In this document: in pieces, positions 18,837-29,206 of the stretch
How positions within the stretch are numbered: the stretch's first letter is position 1
Layout of the letters: each line of letters opens with the position of its first letter
Assembly (NCBI GenBank): GCA_902523675.1
Contig: CABZAL010000004.1
Coordinates: 715 to 64,714, forward strand
DNA: 64,000 bases
Direction: 5' to 3'
Source of the DNA: an uncultured Alphaproteobacteria bacterium
GTDB taxonomy: Bacteria; Pseudomonadota; Alphaproteobacteria; Methylaequorales; Methylaequoraceae
Notes under the pieces: model-generated
Told to the model about the DNA's origin: nothing
The model's database searches: none
What the model saw: only the letters and a program-made list of their open reading frames with translations
Program-made: the position numbers and the translations under genes

Positions 18837-19304
18837 TTAATTATCAAAAGGAAGTGATGAATGATGTAAATTTATTCTTAGCTCATTTTTGTCTACCTTA
18901 ATAAAACCAAAAGTATATTCAACTTTTAATAATTTGTTATGACTATCTTCAAAATAATAGTTTCCCATAGATAAAATATAACCATCATTTCCAATAATTT
19001 TAAAATTTTCAAAATTTATTGACTTCCACTCTTTAATTGCGAATCCTGTATCCTCTGAACACACTTGATTCTTGCCAATAAAATAAGAAATGAACTCTTT
19101 TCTCTTAGATCTAAATTGATTAATTTTAGCTAAAGTGGGTTTAAATAAAACATCAGAATACTGAAATGCATAAACGTCATCTAACAATTCATCTACCAAA
19201 TCATTTAAGTTTTCATTTTTTTTGTGGGCTTTACTGATTGCAAGAATGTAATCTGCCCACTTTCTCTGAGTTTTGAGTACTAGGTCTATTAAATTATTAT
19301 TCAT
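18837..19304 (-). CDS. hypothetical protein, NTF2-like (SnoaL/DUF4440-type) fold suspected
   Basis: 155 aa. The pattern W..Y......D...L..L...D..F.PT......R.....YF resembles that family. This is a weak call. Confidence 0.35.
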   Translation of the reverse strand: MNNNLIDLVLKTQRKWADYILAISKAHKKNENLNDLVDELLDDVYAFQYSDVLFKPTLAKINQFRSKRKEFISYFIGKNQVCSEDTGFAIKEWKSINFENFKIIGNDGYILSMGNYYFEDSHNKLLKVEYTFGFIKVDKNELRINLHHSSLPFDN

Positions 19305-19409
19305 GATTCAAACTATTAAAAGTTAATTACTTAAAATATTTTTTCAGAGATGTTATGTCAATTTTATATTTACCTTTTACAAATCAATCAAATTTACTAA
19401 AATGTCCAT

Positions 19410-20069
19410 ATGAAAAAATTATATAGTAAATCACATAGAGAACTTCAGGATCAGTTCGATTCAAGAAAAATGGCAGATCGTTTAAATGAAGTAATTGTTA
19501 AAAAATCATTTGATGAAGACGCAATAAATTTCATAAACGCCATAGATATGTTTTTTCTATCAACAATAGATCACAATAATCGTCCAACAGTTTCATACAA
19601 AGGGGGAGATCCCGGATTTGTCAAAGTTATTGATGAGACTACCCTTGCTTTCCCAAGTTTTGACGGAAATGGGATGTTTATGTCTATGGGAAATATAAAG
19701 CAGAATAATAAAATTGGAATGTTGTTTATTTCCTTTGAGAAACCTCATAGACTGCGTGTTCATGGGGAGGCAACAATTACTGAAGGTGACTCTTTATTAA
19801 AAATTTATCCCGAAGCAGATTTAATCGTCAGAGTAAAATTAACAGATTATTGGCAAAATTGTCCACGATATATCCATAGATATAAAAAAATAGATGAATC
19901 TAAATATGTTCCTAAAAAAAACAAAAAGACTCCAGTCGCAGGTTGGAAAAAAACTGATATCGTCCAAGACGTTCTATCGAAAAAAGATAGAAAAAAAATT
20001 AACAAAAAAGATGTCATTGGTATTAACGAATGGTTAGAAAAAGTTAAGTCAGGAGACCCCTCCGCTTAA
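19410..20069 (+). CDS. pyridoxamine 5-prime-phosphate oxidase-family FMN-binding protein
   Basis: 219 aa with the split-barrel region MFFLSTIDHNNRPTVSYKGG...LRVHGEA and a Lys-rich C-terminal tail. Confidence 0.65.
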   Translation: MKKLYSKSHRELQDQFDSRKMADRLNEVIVKKSFDEDAINFINAIDMFFLSTIDHNNRPTVSYKGGDPGFVKVIDETTLAFPSFDGNGMFMSMGNIKQNNKIGMLFISFEKPHRLRVHGEATITEGDSLLKIYPEADLIVRVKLTDYWQNCPRYIHRYKKIDESKYVPKKNKKTPVAGWKKTDIVQDVLSKKDRKKINKKDVIGINEWLEKVKSGDPSA

Positions 20070-20161
20070 ATGATCGTATAATTATGTTAAACATATAATT
20101 TAAAACAATTTTTTAATATCTTTACTTTTATAAAAAAACTTTTGATTTAGATTGTTCAGAA

Positions 20162-20545
20162 ATGCAAAAACTTTTTCTAATATTCTTTTTTTTATTTTCT
20201 CTAAAGTATGATGTTGTTTATACAAAGGATCATAAGGATTTAGTTTATACTTGTGCTGACAGAAAAGGTCCAGTATTGGAGTTTTTGATACCTAATTTTA
20301 AAGATAATGAATTTAAAAAAGAAATATCTTTAAAATTTTATAAAACTAATAAAGATACTTTTACTGGATACGGAACCATAGAAAAAAAAAGTAGCCCAAT
20401 TGATTATTCTTATACATTTTATTTAATAGAAATATCAAAAAATTTAGAAAATACAGAAATTACTCAAATTGAATTTTTTCCACCGTCGCACATGATAGTC
20501 ACAAAAAATAAATCATCTAGCAAAAGTCTTGTTTGTTGGCATTAA
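20162..20545 (+). CDS. hypothetical small exported protein
   Basis: 127 aa with an N-terminal hydrophobic signal-like segment and no recognisable motif. Confidence 0.4.
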   Translation: MQKLFLIFFFLFSLKYDVVYTKDHKDLVYTCADRKGPVLEFLIPNFKDNEFKKEISLKFYKTNKDTFTGYGTIEKKSSPIDYSYTFYLIEISKNLENTEITQIEFFPPSHMIVTKNKSSSKSLVCWH

Positions 20546-20640
20546 TTTGAAACCCGGTTAAATCAACTTTAAATAAATAAAGAACAAGAACTTTATAGAA
20601 GGATCAAAATATTATATTATAATAATAATTTAAAATAATT

Positions 20641-21405
20641 ATGAGTTTTCCTACAACCCCAAGTTTTCGTCTAGACAATAAGAGGTCACTGGTTACTGGT
20701 GCTGGCAAAGGAATTGGATTAGGTGCATCAATTGCCCTTGCAGAGGCAGGTTCAGAGGTAGTTATGGTCTCTAGAACAAAAAAAGATTTAGATTCTCTTC
20801 AAAATTATATTTCCGAAAAAGGTCATAAAGCTTACTATAAGGTTCTGGACGTAACAAATATTAAAGATATTGAAAGTTTTCTAAATGATGAAAGTCCTTT
20901 TGATATCCTAGTAAATAACGCTGGATCAAATGAACCATCAGAATTCATTAGTTTTAAAAGTAAAAGTTTAGATCGTATTATATCATTGAATGTGAAATCT
21001 GTTTTCCAGCTTACAAAAATTGTTGTAAGAAAAATGTTAAAAAATGGTTTAAATGGATCAATAATAAATGTTTCTTCTCAAATGGGTCATGTAGGTGCTC
21101 AAGGTAGAACAATTTATTGTTCTTCAAAATTCGCATTAGAGGGTTTAACTAAATCTTTAGCGATTGAACTTGCACCAAAAGGTATTAGGGTAAATTCTAT
21201 TTGTCCTACTTTTATAGAAACGTCTTTAACAAAACCTTTTTTAAAAAACAAAGAGTTTAAAAAAGAAGTTATTTCAAAAATTCCTTTAGGAAGATTAGGT
21301 CAAGTTGAAGAATTAATGGGATCTTTTGTTTTTTTGGCATCTGAAGCCTCTTCATTGATTACAGGAACAAGTTTGATTATTGACGGTGGATGGACTGCAC
21401 AATAA
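20641..21405 (+). CDS. SDR-family oxidoreductase
   Basis: 254 aa with VTGAGKGIG, NNAG and YCSSK motifs. Confidence 0.8.
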   Translation: MSFPTTPSFRLDNKRSLVTGAGKGIGLGASIALAEAGSEVVMVSRTKKDLDSLQNYISEKGHKAYYKVLDVTNIKDIESFLNDESPFDILVNNAGSNEPSEFISFKSKSLDRIISLNVKSVFQLTKIVVRKMLKNGLNGSIINVSSQMGHVGAQGRTIYCSSKFALEGLTKSLAIELAPKGIRVNSICPTFIETSLTKPFLKNKEFKKEVISKIPLGRLGQVEELMGSFVFLASEASSLITGTSLIIDGGWTAQ

Positions 21406-21416
21406 TTTTTTCTTTA

Positions 21417-23111
21417 TCAAATATTTAACAAAGGATCTGGTATTTTAAAATAGTAGATAAGCGTTAAAACTATCAATCCAGAAAAAATTAAATAATATGC
21501 TGTAGGTATTATTGTAATTCTAAGAATTTGACCTTCTTTTCCCAATAAACCGACGGTTGCCGACGCTGCTACTACATTGTGAATTGCAATCATATTTCCT
21601 GCAGCTGCCCCTACACTCTGTGCTGCAACCATTAGTGCACCAGATAACCCTAATAGGTTTGCAGTTTCGAATTGAAATTGACTTAACATTAAGTTACTTA
21701 CAGTATTAGATCCAGCAAGAAATGCTCCAACTGCACCTATTAAAGGTGAAACCAATGGATAAAAATTTCCCATTAACCTAGACATTCCCTCAGCCATAGC
21801 TATTGGCATGCTCACAATTTCTTGAGAATTCAATCCTGAATTGATCATTATTCTTACAAGAGGTATTGTAAAAATTAAAACAAAACCAGCACTAAAAATT
21901 GTTTTTGTCGAATCGCGAATTGCTTTAAATATTTCCTCATGCTTCATTTTGTGAATTATGAATGTTACTAGACATACAAATACCAATATACCTCCGGGTA
22001 AATAAAAAAACTTCAAACTTGCATTGATTTTTTCTTCATTAAAAATGCTATTAAATTCTAAATCTATTGATTTTAAAAAATCTGATAAAGGTTCATAAGT
22101 TCTCGAGAACACAAGTAAAAATGCAAGGAAAACATATGGAAACCACGCTAAAACATTACAAATTTTTTTTTGAGATATGCTTTCAAGTGATGTTTCCATA
22201 TTTCCCATCCACGATGTTGGCCAATCACTAGAATGAGCAAAATCCCAAGAATCTTTTGGAATTAAAACGTTTCTTTTTATTGCGAAAATTACAATTGATA
22301 GTCCAGTCAACCCACCAATTATTGAAGGAAATTCTGGCCCTAAAAAAATACCAGATAAAAGATATGGTATTGTAAAGCTAAGTGCTGCAAAAATTGCAAA
22401 AGGAAATATTGATAGTCCTTCAGTCCATGATTTATTTTTTCCAAAAAATCTTGTCATGATAACTATTAACATAATAGGCATAAAAGTTCCGCAAATTGCA
22501 TGAATTATTGCAACCTCTGATACTATAAGATTAAAAAAAGATTCCCATTGAACGTTTTTAAGTTCTAATTCTTCAGATATTGTAATCTTATCTAACCCAC
22601 CTTGAACTCCCACAAGCATTGGTGTACCAACAGCACCAAAGGAAACAGGTGTGGATTGGATCATCAAGCCAAACACAACTGCTGGCAAAGCCGGGAATCC
22701 TACGGCTACCATTAATGGTGCTGCTACTGCTGCTGGCGTTCCAAAACCTGAAGCACCTTCTATAAAACAACCAAACAACCACGCAATCAGTATTACTTGA
22801 ATTCTCCTATCTGAACTTATCTGTGAAAAACCTTTTCGGATAGTTAACATCGCCCCAGAATATTTAAGCGTGTTTAGAAGCATGATAGCTCCGAAAATAA
22901 TCCATAGAATACCTACTGTAATTATTAAACCTTGAATAGTCGAAGCCAAAACTCTTAAAAAGCTCATTTCCCAAACAAAAAGCGCGATACCTACTGTAAA
23001 TAAAAACACAAATGGCATCGCAAATTTTGCTGAAATTCTCAAACCAACAAGAAGGATTCCGGCTAATAGAATAGGACCAAAGGCAAAAAGAGGTAAAAGA
23101 TCAATTAACAT
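21417..23111 (-). CDS. lctP: L-lactate/glycolate permease (LctP family)
   Basis: 564 aa, polytopic, with [16 protein letters not shown], which is typical of LldP/GlcA. Confidence 0.8.
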   Translation of the reverse strand: MLIDLLPLFAFGPILLAGILLVGLRISAKFAMPFVFLFTVGIALFVWEMSFLRVLASTIQGLIITVGILWIIFGAIMLLNTLKYSGAMLTIRKGFSQISSDRRIQVILIAWLFGCFIEGASGFGTPAAVAAPLMVAVGFPALPAVVFGLMIQSTPVSFGAVGTPMLVGVQGGLDKITISEELELKNVQWESFFNLIVSEVAIIHAICGTFMPIMLIVIMTRFFGKNKSWTEGLSIFPFAIFAALSFTIPYLLSGIFLGPEFPSIIGGLTGLSIVIFAIKRNVLIPKDSWDFAHSSDWPTSWMGNMETSLESISQKKICNVLAWFPYVFLAFLLVFSRTYEPLSDFLKSIDLEFNSIFNEEKINASLKFFYLPGGILVFVCLVTFIIHKMKHEEIFKAIRDSTKTIFSAGFVLIFTIPLVRIMINSGLNSQEIVSMPIAMAEGMSRLMGNFYPLVSPLIGAVGAFLAGSNTVSNLMLSQFQFETANLLGLSGALMVAAQSVGAAAGNMIAIHNVVAASATVGLLGKEGQILRITIIPTAYYLIFSGLIVLTLIYYFKIPDPLLNI

Positions 23112-23144
23112 CTTTAATAATCATCCTTTTTGAATCGTACAAAA

Positions 23145-23507
23145 CTAAACATTACAATTTTTTTTAATTTTTTTAAATCTTCTTCTGGCCCAGAAATTAT
23201 AAATGATATTAGAAAATTTTTTAAATGGTGTAATACTCACTATCAAAGATAAAATTTTAAAATACTTAAATTCATTCCAAATTATGATAAAAGCGTCAAC
23301 ACCAATTTTTTTATCTCCATTTTTATCAATTGCATGCAGATACATTAAACTATCTTCGAAATCAATATTATAATTACTAAGAACATCTACCTTAGAATTA
23401 ATATCAACCCAATTAAAAGTTTTCTTGAGATCAAGTTTTTTGTAAAATTTAATTTCTGAATTACATAAATTACAATTTCCATCATAAAATACTGTTATCT
23501 TTTTCAT
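23145..23507 (-). CDS. DCC-family thiol-disulfide oxidoreductase (DUF393)
   Basis: 120 aa with the N-terminal motif VFYDGNCNLCNSEI. Confidence 0.7.
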   Translation of the reverse strand: MKKITVFYDGNCNLCNSEIKFYKKLDLKKTFNWVDINSKVDVLSNYNIDFEDSLMYLHAIDKNGDKKIGVDAFIIIWNEFKYFKILSLIVSITPFKKFSNIIYNFWARRRFKKIKKNCNV

Positions 23508-23597
23508 CGTATTATTATAAGTTAAAATTATTGTTTTAAAATTTAAAAATGATAATATATATCTTTATTGTAATTTTTAAAGATGGGAGATTTGAAA

Positions 23598-23732
23598 ATG
23601 AATAATAGTAATGACTGCGGTTGCGGAAGATCGCCAACTGGAAAATGCATAGGTTGGCATAGTCTTAGTGAAAAAGAATATCAAGACAAACTAGAGGCGT
23701 ATAATTTAAAAACTAGTGATAAGAGTAAATAG
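23598..23732 (+). CDS. small Cys-rich protein (44 aa), uncharacterised
   Basis: Not in the ORF track because it is under 60 aa. Translation: MNNSNDCGCGRSPTGKCIGWHSLSEKEYQDKLEAYNLKTSDKSK. It is preceded by GGGAGA about 9 nt upstream of the ATG. Confidence 0.4.
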   Translation: MNNSNDCGCGRSPTGKCIGWHSLSEKEYQDKLEAYNLKTSDKSK

Positions 23733-23755
23733 CATTTTCTAAATTTGACTATTTT

Positions 23756-25234
23756 TTAAACAAATTTAATTTCAGAGCTTTCTGCAGATATTGCGTTAGC
23801 TGCGTTTTTTAAACCTCTTGGTATTGCTTCTCCGTAAAAGATTGAATGTTTATTTTTAACAATTAGTTTTAATGAATTTTTTTTAAATTTAAGATTGCAA
23901 AGTTTTAGATTCTTTGTTGAAATACCACCAGTTATGTGGTGGGCTAACCTTAAACATTGGCCAATAAATTTACACAAATTCTTTTTATCATCATCAATTT
24001 GATTGTAAAACTCTTCTACACTCTTATCCTTGATTCCATTTGAATGCCTAAAATACATAATAAAAGCTAGTTCAATTCTTTCTTTTCTAGTTATACCATA
24101 AAAAGGATACCATAAAATTCTCTCTAGACCATACATTCTCCTATGTTCAGGATGCACATCCCATGCTATATTAGATATCCAACAAGCTGACATAAGAATA
24201 TCATCACTAATATTAAAAGTGCTTGAAACATCTTTTAGCCATTTAAATAATCCATTAGCCATAGAAGATGTCATGGTTTGATCTGCCAGTCTTTGGATCT
24301 GAAAAAGAAATGCATCGTTATTTGATCCTTTGATTAAACTATTAATATATCCTTCACGAATACTAGAACTGGAAAAGTAAACATCTTTCACGTTAAAAAA
24401 TAAAATCATATGTTCTAAAACATTTAAAGCATAAGGTAATGAATTTCGTCTACTTTTTGTGATATTTAAAAGTAAGTCCGTATTAATTTTATTATTTTTC
24501 GTCACTAAGTTTTTTTTTAAAATATTTTTTATATTCTGAGATGAAATTGAAAAATCCTGTACAACTTTAAGATTTATTTTCTTTAAGAACATATATAGTC
24601 TAGCAATTACTCTAAATGAACCCCCAACAGCATAGAAGTTTCTATACCCATGATTTTTGATTTTTTTTAAACTTTTAACTATATGATCATTAACTGAATA
24701 ACTAAAGGGTTTCCCAATATTTTCTAAAAATGCATAGCCTAATTTTAAGGAGCCCAAAAAATTTATATCACCATTTACACACGTTAATTCAAGACTTCCA
24801 CCCCCGAGGTCTCCAACTATGCCGGTAACATTTTTATGACTATACAGTATTCCTAGCGCGGCAAATTTACCCTCAGATTCTTCAGAAAGAATTTTTAGGT
24901 TAACATCAAATCTATCTCTGATAATTTTTTCAATTTGAAGTCGATTCTGGGATATCCGAATGGCTGATGTGGCAAGGAATGTTGGTGTTTGACTATTCAT
25001 AGATTTAGAAATACTAACAAATCTATCCAAAACATCTAACATAAATTTAAGTTCTTTACCCTCTATTTTTGAATTAACAGCAACTACTTTTCCAAGATTA
25101 CAGATAACTTTTTCATTAAATAATGTTCTTGCTGCAACTGACAATGAATCGTAGACAACTAACCTAATAGAAAAAGATCCAATATCTATGATTGAAAATG
25201 GAGTATTCTTTATTTGATTATTTTGAATCTTCAT
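23756..25234 (-). CDS. ppx: exopolyphosphatase (Ppx/GppA family)
   Basis: 492 aa with IDIGSFSIRLVVY and GDLGGGSLE ASKHA-fold motifs. It overlaps ppk1 by 17 nt. Confidence 0.8.
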   Translation of the reverse strand: MKIQNNQIKNTPFSIIDIGSFSIRLVVYDSLSVAARTLFNEKVICNLGKVVAVNSKIEGKELKFMLDVLDRFVSISKSMNSQTPTFLATSAIRISQNRLQIEKIIRDRFDVNLKILSEESEGKFAALGILYSHKNVTGIVGDLGGGSLELTCVNGDINFLGSLKLGYAFLENIGKPFSYSVNDHIVKSLKKIKNHGYRNFYAVGGSFRVIARLYMFLKKINLKVVQDFSISSQNIKNILKKNLVTKNNKINTDLLLNITKSRRNSLPYALNVLEHMILFFNVKDVYFSSSSIREGYINSLIKGSNNDAFLFQIQRLADQTMTSSMANGLFKWLKDVSSTFNISDDILMSACWISNIAWDVHPEHRRMYGLERILWYPFYGITRKERIELAFIMYFRHSNGIKDKSVEEFYNQIDDDKKNLCKFIGQCLRLAHHITGGISTKNLKLCNLKFKKNSLKLIVKNKHSIFYGEAIPRGLKNAANAISAESSEIKFV

Positions 25235-27341
25235 TTTTCACTTTGTTTGCGCCTCTTCCAGATAGAGAAGAATTCTTTAAGAAAAATTCATGTGATGAGA
25301 ATTGTTTGCTAGAGTTTGTAATCTTCTCATAAGTACCATCTCCTTTTAATTCTGAAGTATTAGTATTATCTTTTAAATAATTAGTCATTATCTGGTCTAA
25401 AATTTGTTCATGAACTGTCTGATTAAGTATAGGTATAAAAGTTTCTACTCTTCTATCAAGATTTCGCGTCATTAAATCAGCCGATGAAATATAAACTTTT
25501 ACTTTTCTAGAAGGCATCTTATTGCCATTTGAGAAACAATAAATTCTGCTATGCTCTAAAAACCTTCCAACAATACTTCTTACTCTAATATTTTCTGAAA
25601 GGCCTTTAATTCCTGGTCTTAGTCCACAAATTCCCCTCACTATTAATTCAATTTTTACACCCATTTGGGATGCGTTATACAAGGCATCTATAATCTCAGG
25701 ATCAATGAGAGAATTTATTTTAATCCATATTCCTGAATCAAGGTTTTTTATTTTGTTAGTGACTTCTTTGTTAATTAACTCAATTAATTTTGTTCTAAGA
25801 CCAAGCGGTGAACACACTATTTGGGATAGGTTTTCTGGCTTTGCATAACCAGTTATAAAGTTAAAAATTTTTCCAGAATCTTTTCCTAATTCCTCGTTAC
25901 ATGAAAAAAATGATAAATCTGTATAAACTTTTGCCGTTAATGGATGATAATTCCCAGTTCCAAAATGATTGTACGTTATAATTTTATTTCTCTCTCTTCT
26001 TGTAACCATTGATATTTTTGCATGCGTTTTCAAACTAACAAAACCGTAAACAATCTGCACACCTGCTTTTTCTAAATCTTTTGCCCATTTGATATTTTTT
26101 TCTTCATCAAAACGAGCTTTTACTTCTATAATAGCTGTAACAGCCTTTCCATTATTTGAAGCCTCAATTAAGGCGCTTACAATTGGTGAATTATAACTTG
26201 TCCGATAAAGTGTTTGCTTTATTGAAATTACATTTGGATCATTTGCAGCTTGATTTAAAAAATTAATCACAACATCAAATGTTTCAAAAGGATGATGTAG
26301 TATCAAATCTTTTTTCTTTATAGCTTTAAAACAATCTCCAGAAAAATCTTTTATCCTTTTCGGATACCTTGGATAAAATTTTTTAAATACCAAATCTAAA
26401 TCAGCCAAATCTATAATTTGACTAACCGATTCGACATCTAGTAAAGATTTCACTTTAAACAATCCATCATCTCTTACTCCGAGTTCTTTTTTTACAAAAT
26501 TCAATAATTTTTCTCCAATATTTTCTTTAACATAAAGCCCAATAACCGAACCTAATCTTCTTTTTTTTAGAGCTATCTCAAAAGATTGCATTAAATCTTC
26601 TGCTTCTTCTTCAAACTCAATATCACTGTCTCGAATTACTCTTATTAATCCTGATTCCTGTAAATTGAATTCTGGAAAAAGCTTATGAATATTTAGTAAA
26701 ATAATATCCTCAGTACTTATAAAGGTATCTTCTTTATTATTAAGTTTAAAATACCTTTTTTGGGTTTGTGGGAAAGTTACAAGAGCTGAAACTTTTTTTT
26801 TATCTCTGTTAATTAATGAGAGTATTAATGTCAAACTTAAGTTTGGGAGAAAAGGAAAGGGATGAGCTGGGTCAATGGCAAGCGGAGTTAAAGTAGGGTA
26901 AATTTCTTCGTCAAATATATTTGAGATTTTAAAAGAAAATTTTTTCAAATCTTGTTTTGAATTAATAATTTTTAAATTGTGAAATTCCAGTTTCTTTTTA
27001 AGTGAATGCCATACATGTTGTTGTTCCTCTAACAAATCTTTCATACTAAAAATTACATCTAGAAGTTGCTGACGAGGTGTTCTGCCGTCAGAGCTTTTTT
27101 CTTCAATATTTTCTCGAATCTGTCTTGCAATTCCAGCTACTCTGACCATGTGAAATTCGTCAAGATTATTTCCTGAAATTGATAAAAATCTTAATCTCTC
27201 TAAAATTGGGTAATTTTTATTTTTTGCCTCATTCAAGACTCTTCTGTTAAAAGAAAGCCATGAAAGCTCTCTATTTATAAATCTTTTTTCATCGTACTTA
27301 CTAATATTTTCATTCAAATCTAAACTATCGGCATTAGACAT
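25218..27341 (-). CDS. ppk1: polyphosphate kinase 1
   Basis: 707 aa with FINRELSWLSFNRRVLNEA and two PLD-like HxK modules. Confidence 0.9.
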   Translation of the reverse strand: MSNADSLDLNENISKYDEKRFINRELSWLSFNRRVLNEAKNKNYPILERLRFLSISGNNLDEFHMVRVAGIARQIRENIEEKSSDGRTPRQQLLDVIFSMKDLLEEQQHVWHSLKKKLEFHNLKIINSKQDLKKFSFKISNIFDEEIYPTLTPLAIDPAHPFPFLPNLSLTLILSLINRDKKKVSALVTFPQTQKRYFKLNNKEDTFISTEDIILLNIHKLFPEFNLQESGLIRVIRDSDIEFEEEAEDLMQSFEIALKKRRLGSVIGLYVKENIGEKLLNFVKKELGVRDDGLFKVKSLLDVESVSQIIDLADLDLVFKKFYPRYPKRIKDFSGDCFKAIKKKDLILHHPFETFDVVINFLNQAANDPNVISIKQTLYRTSYNSPIVSALIEASNNGKAVTAIIEVKARFDEEKNIKWAKDLEKAGVQIVYGFVSLKTHAKISMVTRRERNKIITYNHFGTGNYHPLTAKVYTDLSFFSCNEELGKDSGKIFNFITGYAKPENLSQIVCSPLGLRTKLIELINKEVTNKIKNLDSGIWIKINSLIDPEIIDALYNASQMGVKIELIVRGICGLRPGIKGLSENIRVRSIVGRFLEHSRIYCFSNGNKMPSRKVKVYISSADLMTRNLDRRVETFIPILNQTVHEQILDQIMTNYLKDNTNTSELKGDGTYEKITNSSKQFSSHEFFLKNSSLSGRGANKVKNEDSK

Positions 27342-27383
27342 CTAAACAACTATTCAAAAAATATATATTACATCAAAATTAAA

Positions 27384-29174
27384 TTAATAAATATCTCTTA
27401 GATATCTTTTCTCACGTTTAAGATTATTCATATATTCGTTGGTTTTATCATCGTTTAGTTTACTAGATTTCTGAATTAAATTATACAAAGCTTTGTCTAC
27501 GTCTCTAGCCATATAATTAGCATCGCCGCAAACGTAAACGTAAGCGCCATTTTCTATCCAGTCAAATAATTCTTTTGAAGATTCTAACATTCGATGTTGT
27601 ACATAAATTTTTTCTTTTTGATCCCTTGAAAAAGCTAAATCAAGCTTTGTCAAAATTCCATCTTTTTTAAAATCACTAATTTCTTTTTCGTAAATAAAAT
27701 CATTATTTCTGGTTTGATCTCCAAAAAATAACCAATTTTTTCCACTACCCCCTCTTAACCTTCTATCTTGTAAAAAAGCCCTAAATGGTGCAACACCAGT
27801 ACCAGGCCCAATCATAACGATTGGAATAGAATTATCTTCAGGTAATCTAAATGAGTGATTTTGACTTACAAATATTCCAGCATTATCTATAGTTTCTTCA
27901 GAATTAGAAAGAAAATTAGAACATACTCCTTCATGAACTCTTTGCGAATATTCCCATTTAACGGTAGAAACTGTTAAATGGACTTGATCTTTATACATTT
28001 TTTGGCTTGATGATATAGAGTAAGCCCTAGGTTGTAATGGTTTTAATAAACTCAAGAATTCATCAGGTGGAATTGAAACATTATTATCCAAATTCAGAAG
28101 ATCAAGCACATCCTTACCCCACAAAAAAGAATCAAATTCTTTACTATTTCCAGATTCTAGGAGTCTTTGCATCTTACTAATTTTTGAATTTCCTAATATA
28201 TAGTTAACCAAATCTTTACTAGGTGAGAGTATTTCATACTTATTCATTAGAAGATAATGAATAGTATTTTGAAATCCGGAGGGTTTAAAGTTATTATTTA
28301 ATTTTAGTTTTTTTAGAATCTCTCCTACAAGTGTTCTTGAATTTGTTGGAAATACGTTAAGGGTATCGCCGACTTCGTATCGAATTCCACTTTCTGCCAA
28401 CTCTATTTCATAATGTCTAATTTCTTTATTTGATTTATTACCTGACAGTAACAAATTTGCTGAGATTTCTGCAAAATATGGGTTTTTTTTGCTCCAAGAA
28501 AATAATTCTTCTTTAGTATTTTTTTCTGTAACATTTAATTCTTTAAGCCCACCAAAAGATGGAAGAGTAGATTTTAGCCACTCATTAGAAGGAATTTCGT
28601 AATCAACGTCGCAATCAATTCTTTTACTAACTCTTTTTGCCCCTAACTGCTCTAATCGAAAATCCAACAGTTTTCCTGCATTACAGAACATTTCATAACT
28701 AGTATCACCTAATGAAATTACTCCGAAACTTAAATTATTAAGTTTCGGGGCAATCTCTGAAGACAAAGACTCCCAAAATAATTGTGCGCCGTCAGGCATC
28801 TCCCCCTCACCATAGGTGGAAATCACAAAAACAGCTTTTTCCATTTCTTGTAATTGATCCATCGAAACATCATCCAGAGATAAGAGATTGCTATCAAAGT
28901 TATTTTTTGAAGCTAAATCTGCTGCATTCCTCGCTAGTGACTCTGAATTTCCTGTTTGTGTTCCATATAGAAAATTTATTTTAACTTTTTCAGTTTCTTT
29001 GGGAAAATTTTTATTGTTAAAATTCTCTTTGATACCAGCTAAAAAACCAGAAATCCACTGTTTTTGATTTGAAGAAAATGGAGCTTTATCGGGGAAGAAA
29101 GGAGTATCTCCGATATTTTTTTCTCCAGCAATCTTTTCTGCATTTTTTAAATTTATAGATTTATTTTTCGACAT
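27384..29174 (-). CDS. CysJ-type NADPH diflavin reductase (flavodoxin-like FMN domain plus FNR-like FAD/NADPH domain)
   Basis: 596 aa with LYGTQTGNSE, STYGEGEMPDG, RAYSISSS, GPGTGVAPFRAF, YVCGD and the C-terminal RYLRDIY. It starts 32 nt downstream of the GltB-like gene. Confidence 0.85.
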   Translation of the reverse strand: MSKNKSINLKNAEKIAGEKNIGDTPFFPDKAPFSSNQKQWISGFLAGIKENFNNKNFPKETEKVKINFLYGTQTGNSESLARNAADLASKNNFDSNLLSLDDVSMDQLQEMEKAVFVISTYGEGEMPDGAQLFWESLSSEIAPKLNNLSFGVISLGDTSYEMFCNAGKLLDFRLEQLGAKRVSKRIDCDVDYEIPSNEWLKSTLPSFGGLKELNVTEKNTKEELFSWSKKNPYFAEISANLLLSGNKSNKEIRHYEIELAESGIRYEVGDTLNVFPTNSRTLVGEILKKLKLNNNFKPSGFQNTIHYLLMNKYEILSPSKDLVNYILGNSKISKMQRLLESGNSKEFDSFLWGKDVLDLLNLDNNVSIPPDEFLSLLKPLQPRAYSISSSQKMYKDQVHLTVSTVKWEYSQRVHEGVCSNFLSNSEETIDNAGIFVSQNHSFRLPEDNSIPIVMIGPGTGVAPFRAFLQDRRLRGGSGKNWLFFGDQTRNNDFIYEKEISDFKKDGILTKLDLAFSRDQKEKIYVQHRMLESSKELFDWIENGAYVYVCGDANYMARDVDKALYNLIQKSSKLNDDKTNEYMNNLKREKRYLRDIY

Positions 29175-29206
29175 TTTTCTGTACTCAATAATAAAATGGT
29201 AACGAT

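Noticed and set aside
27384-29174. Calling this ORF cysJ (assimilatory sulfite reductase alpha subunit).
   Set aside because: The domain architecture fits, but there is no CysI partner in the window and the gene is translationally adjacent to the GltB-like gene. I give no gene symbol pending a genome-wide check.
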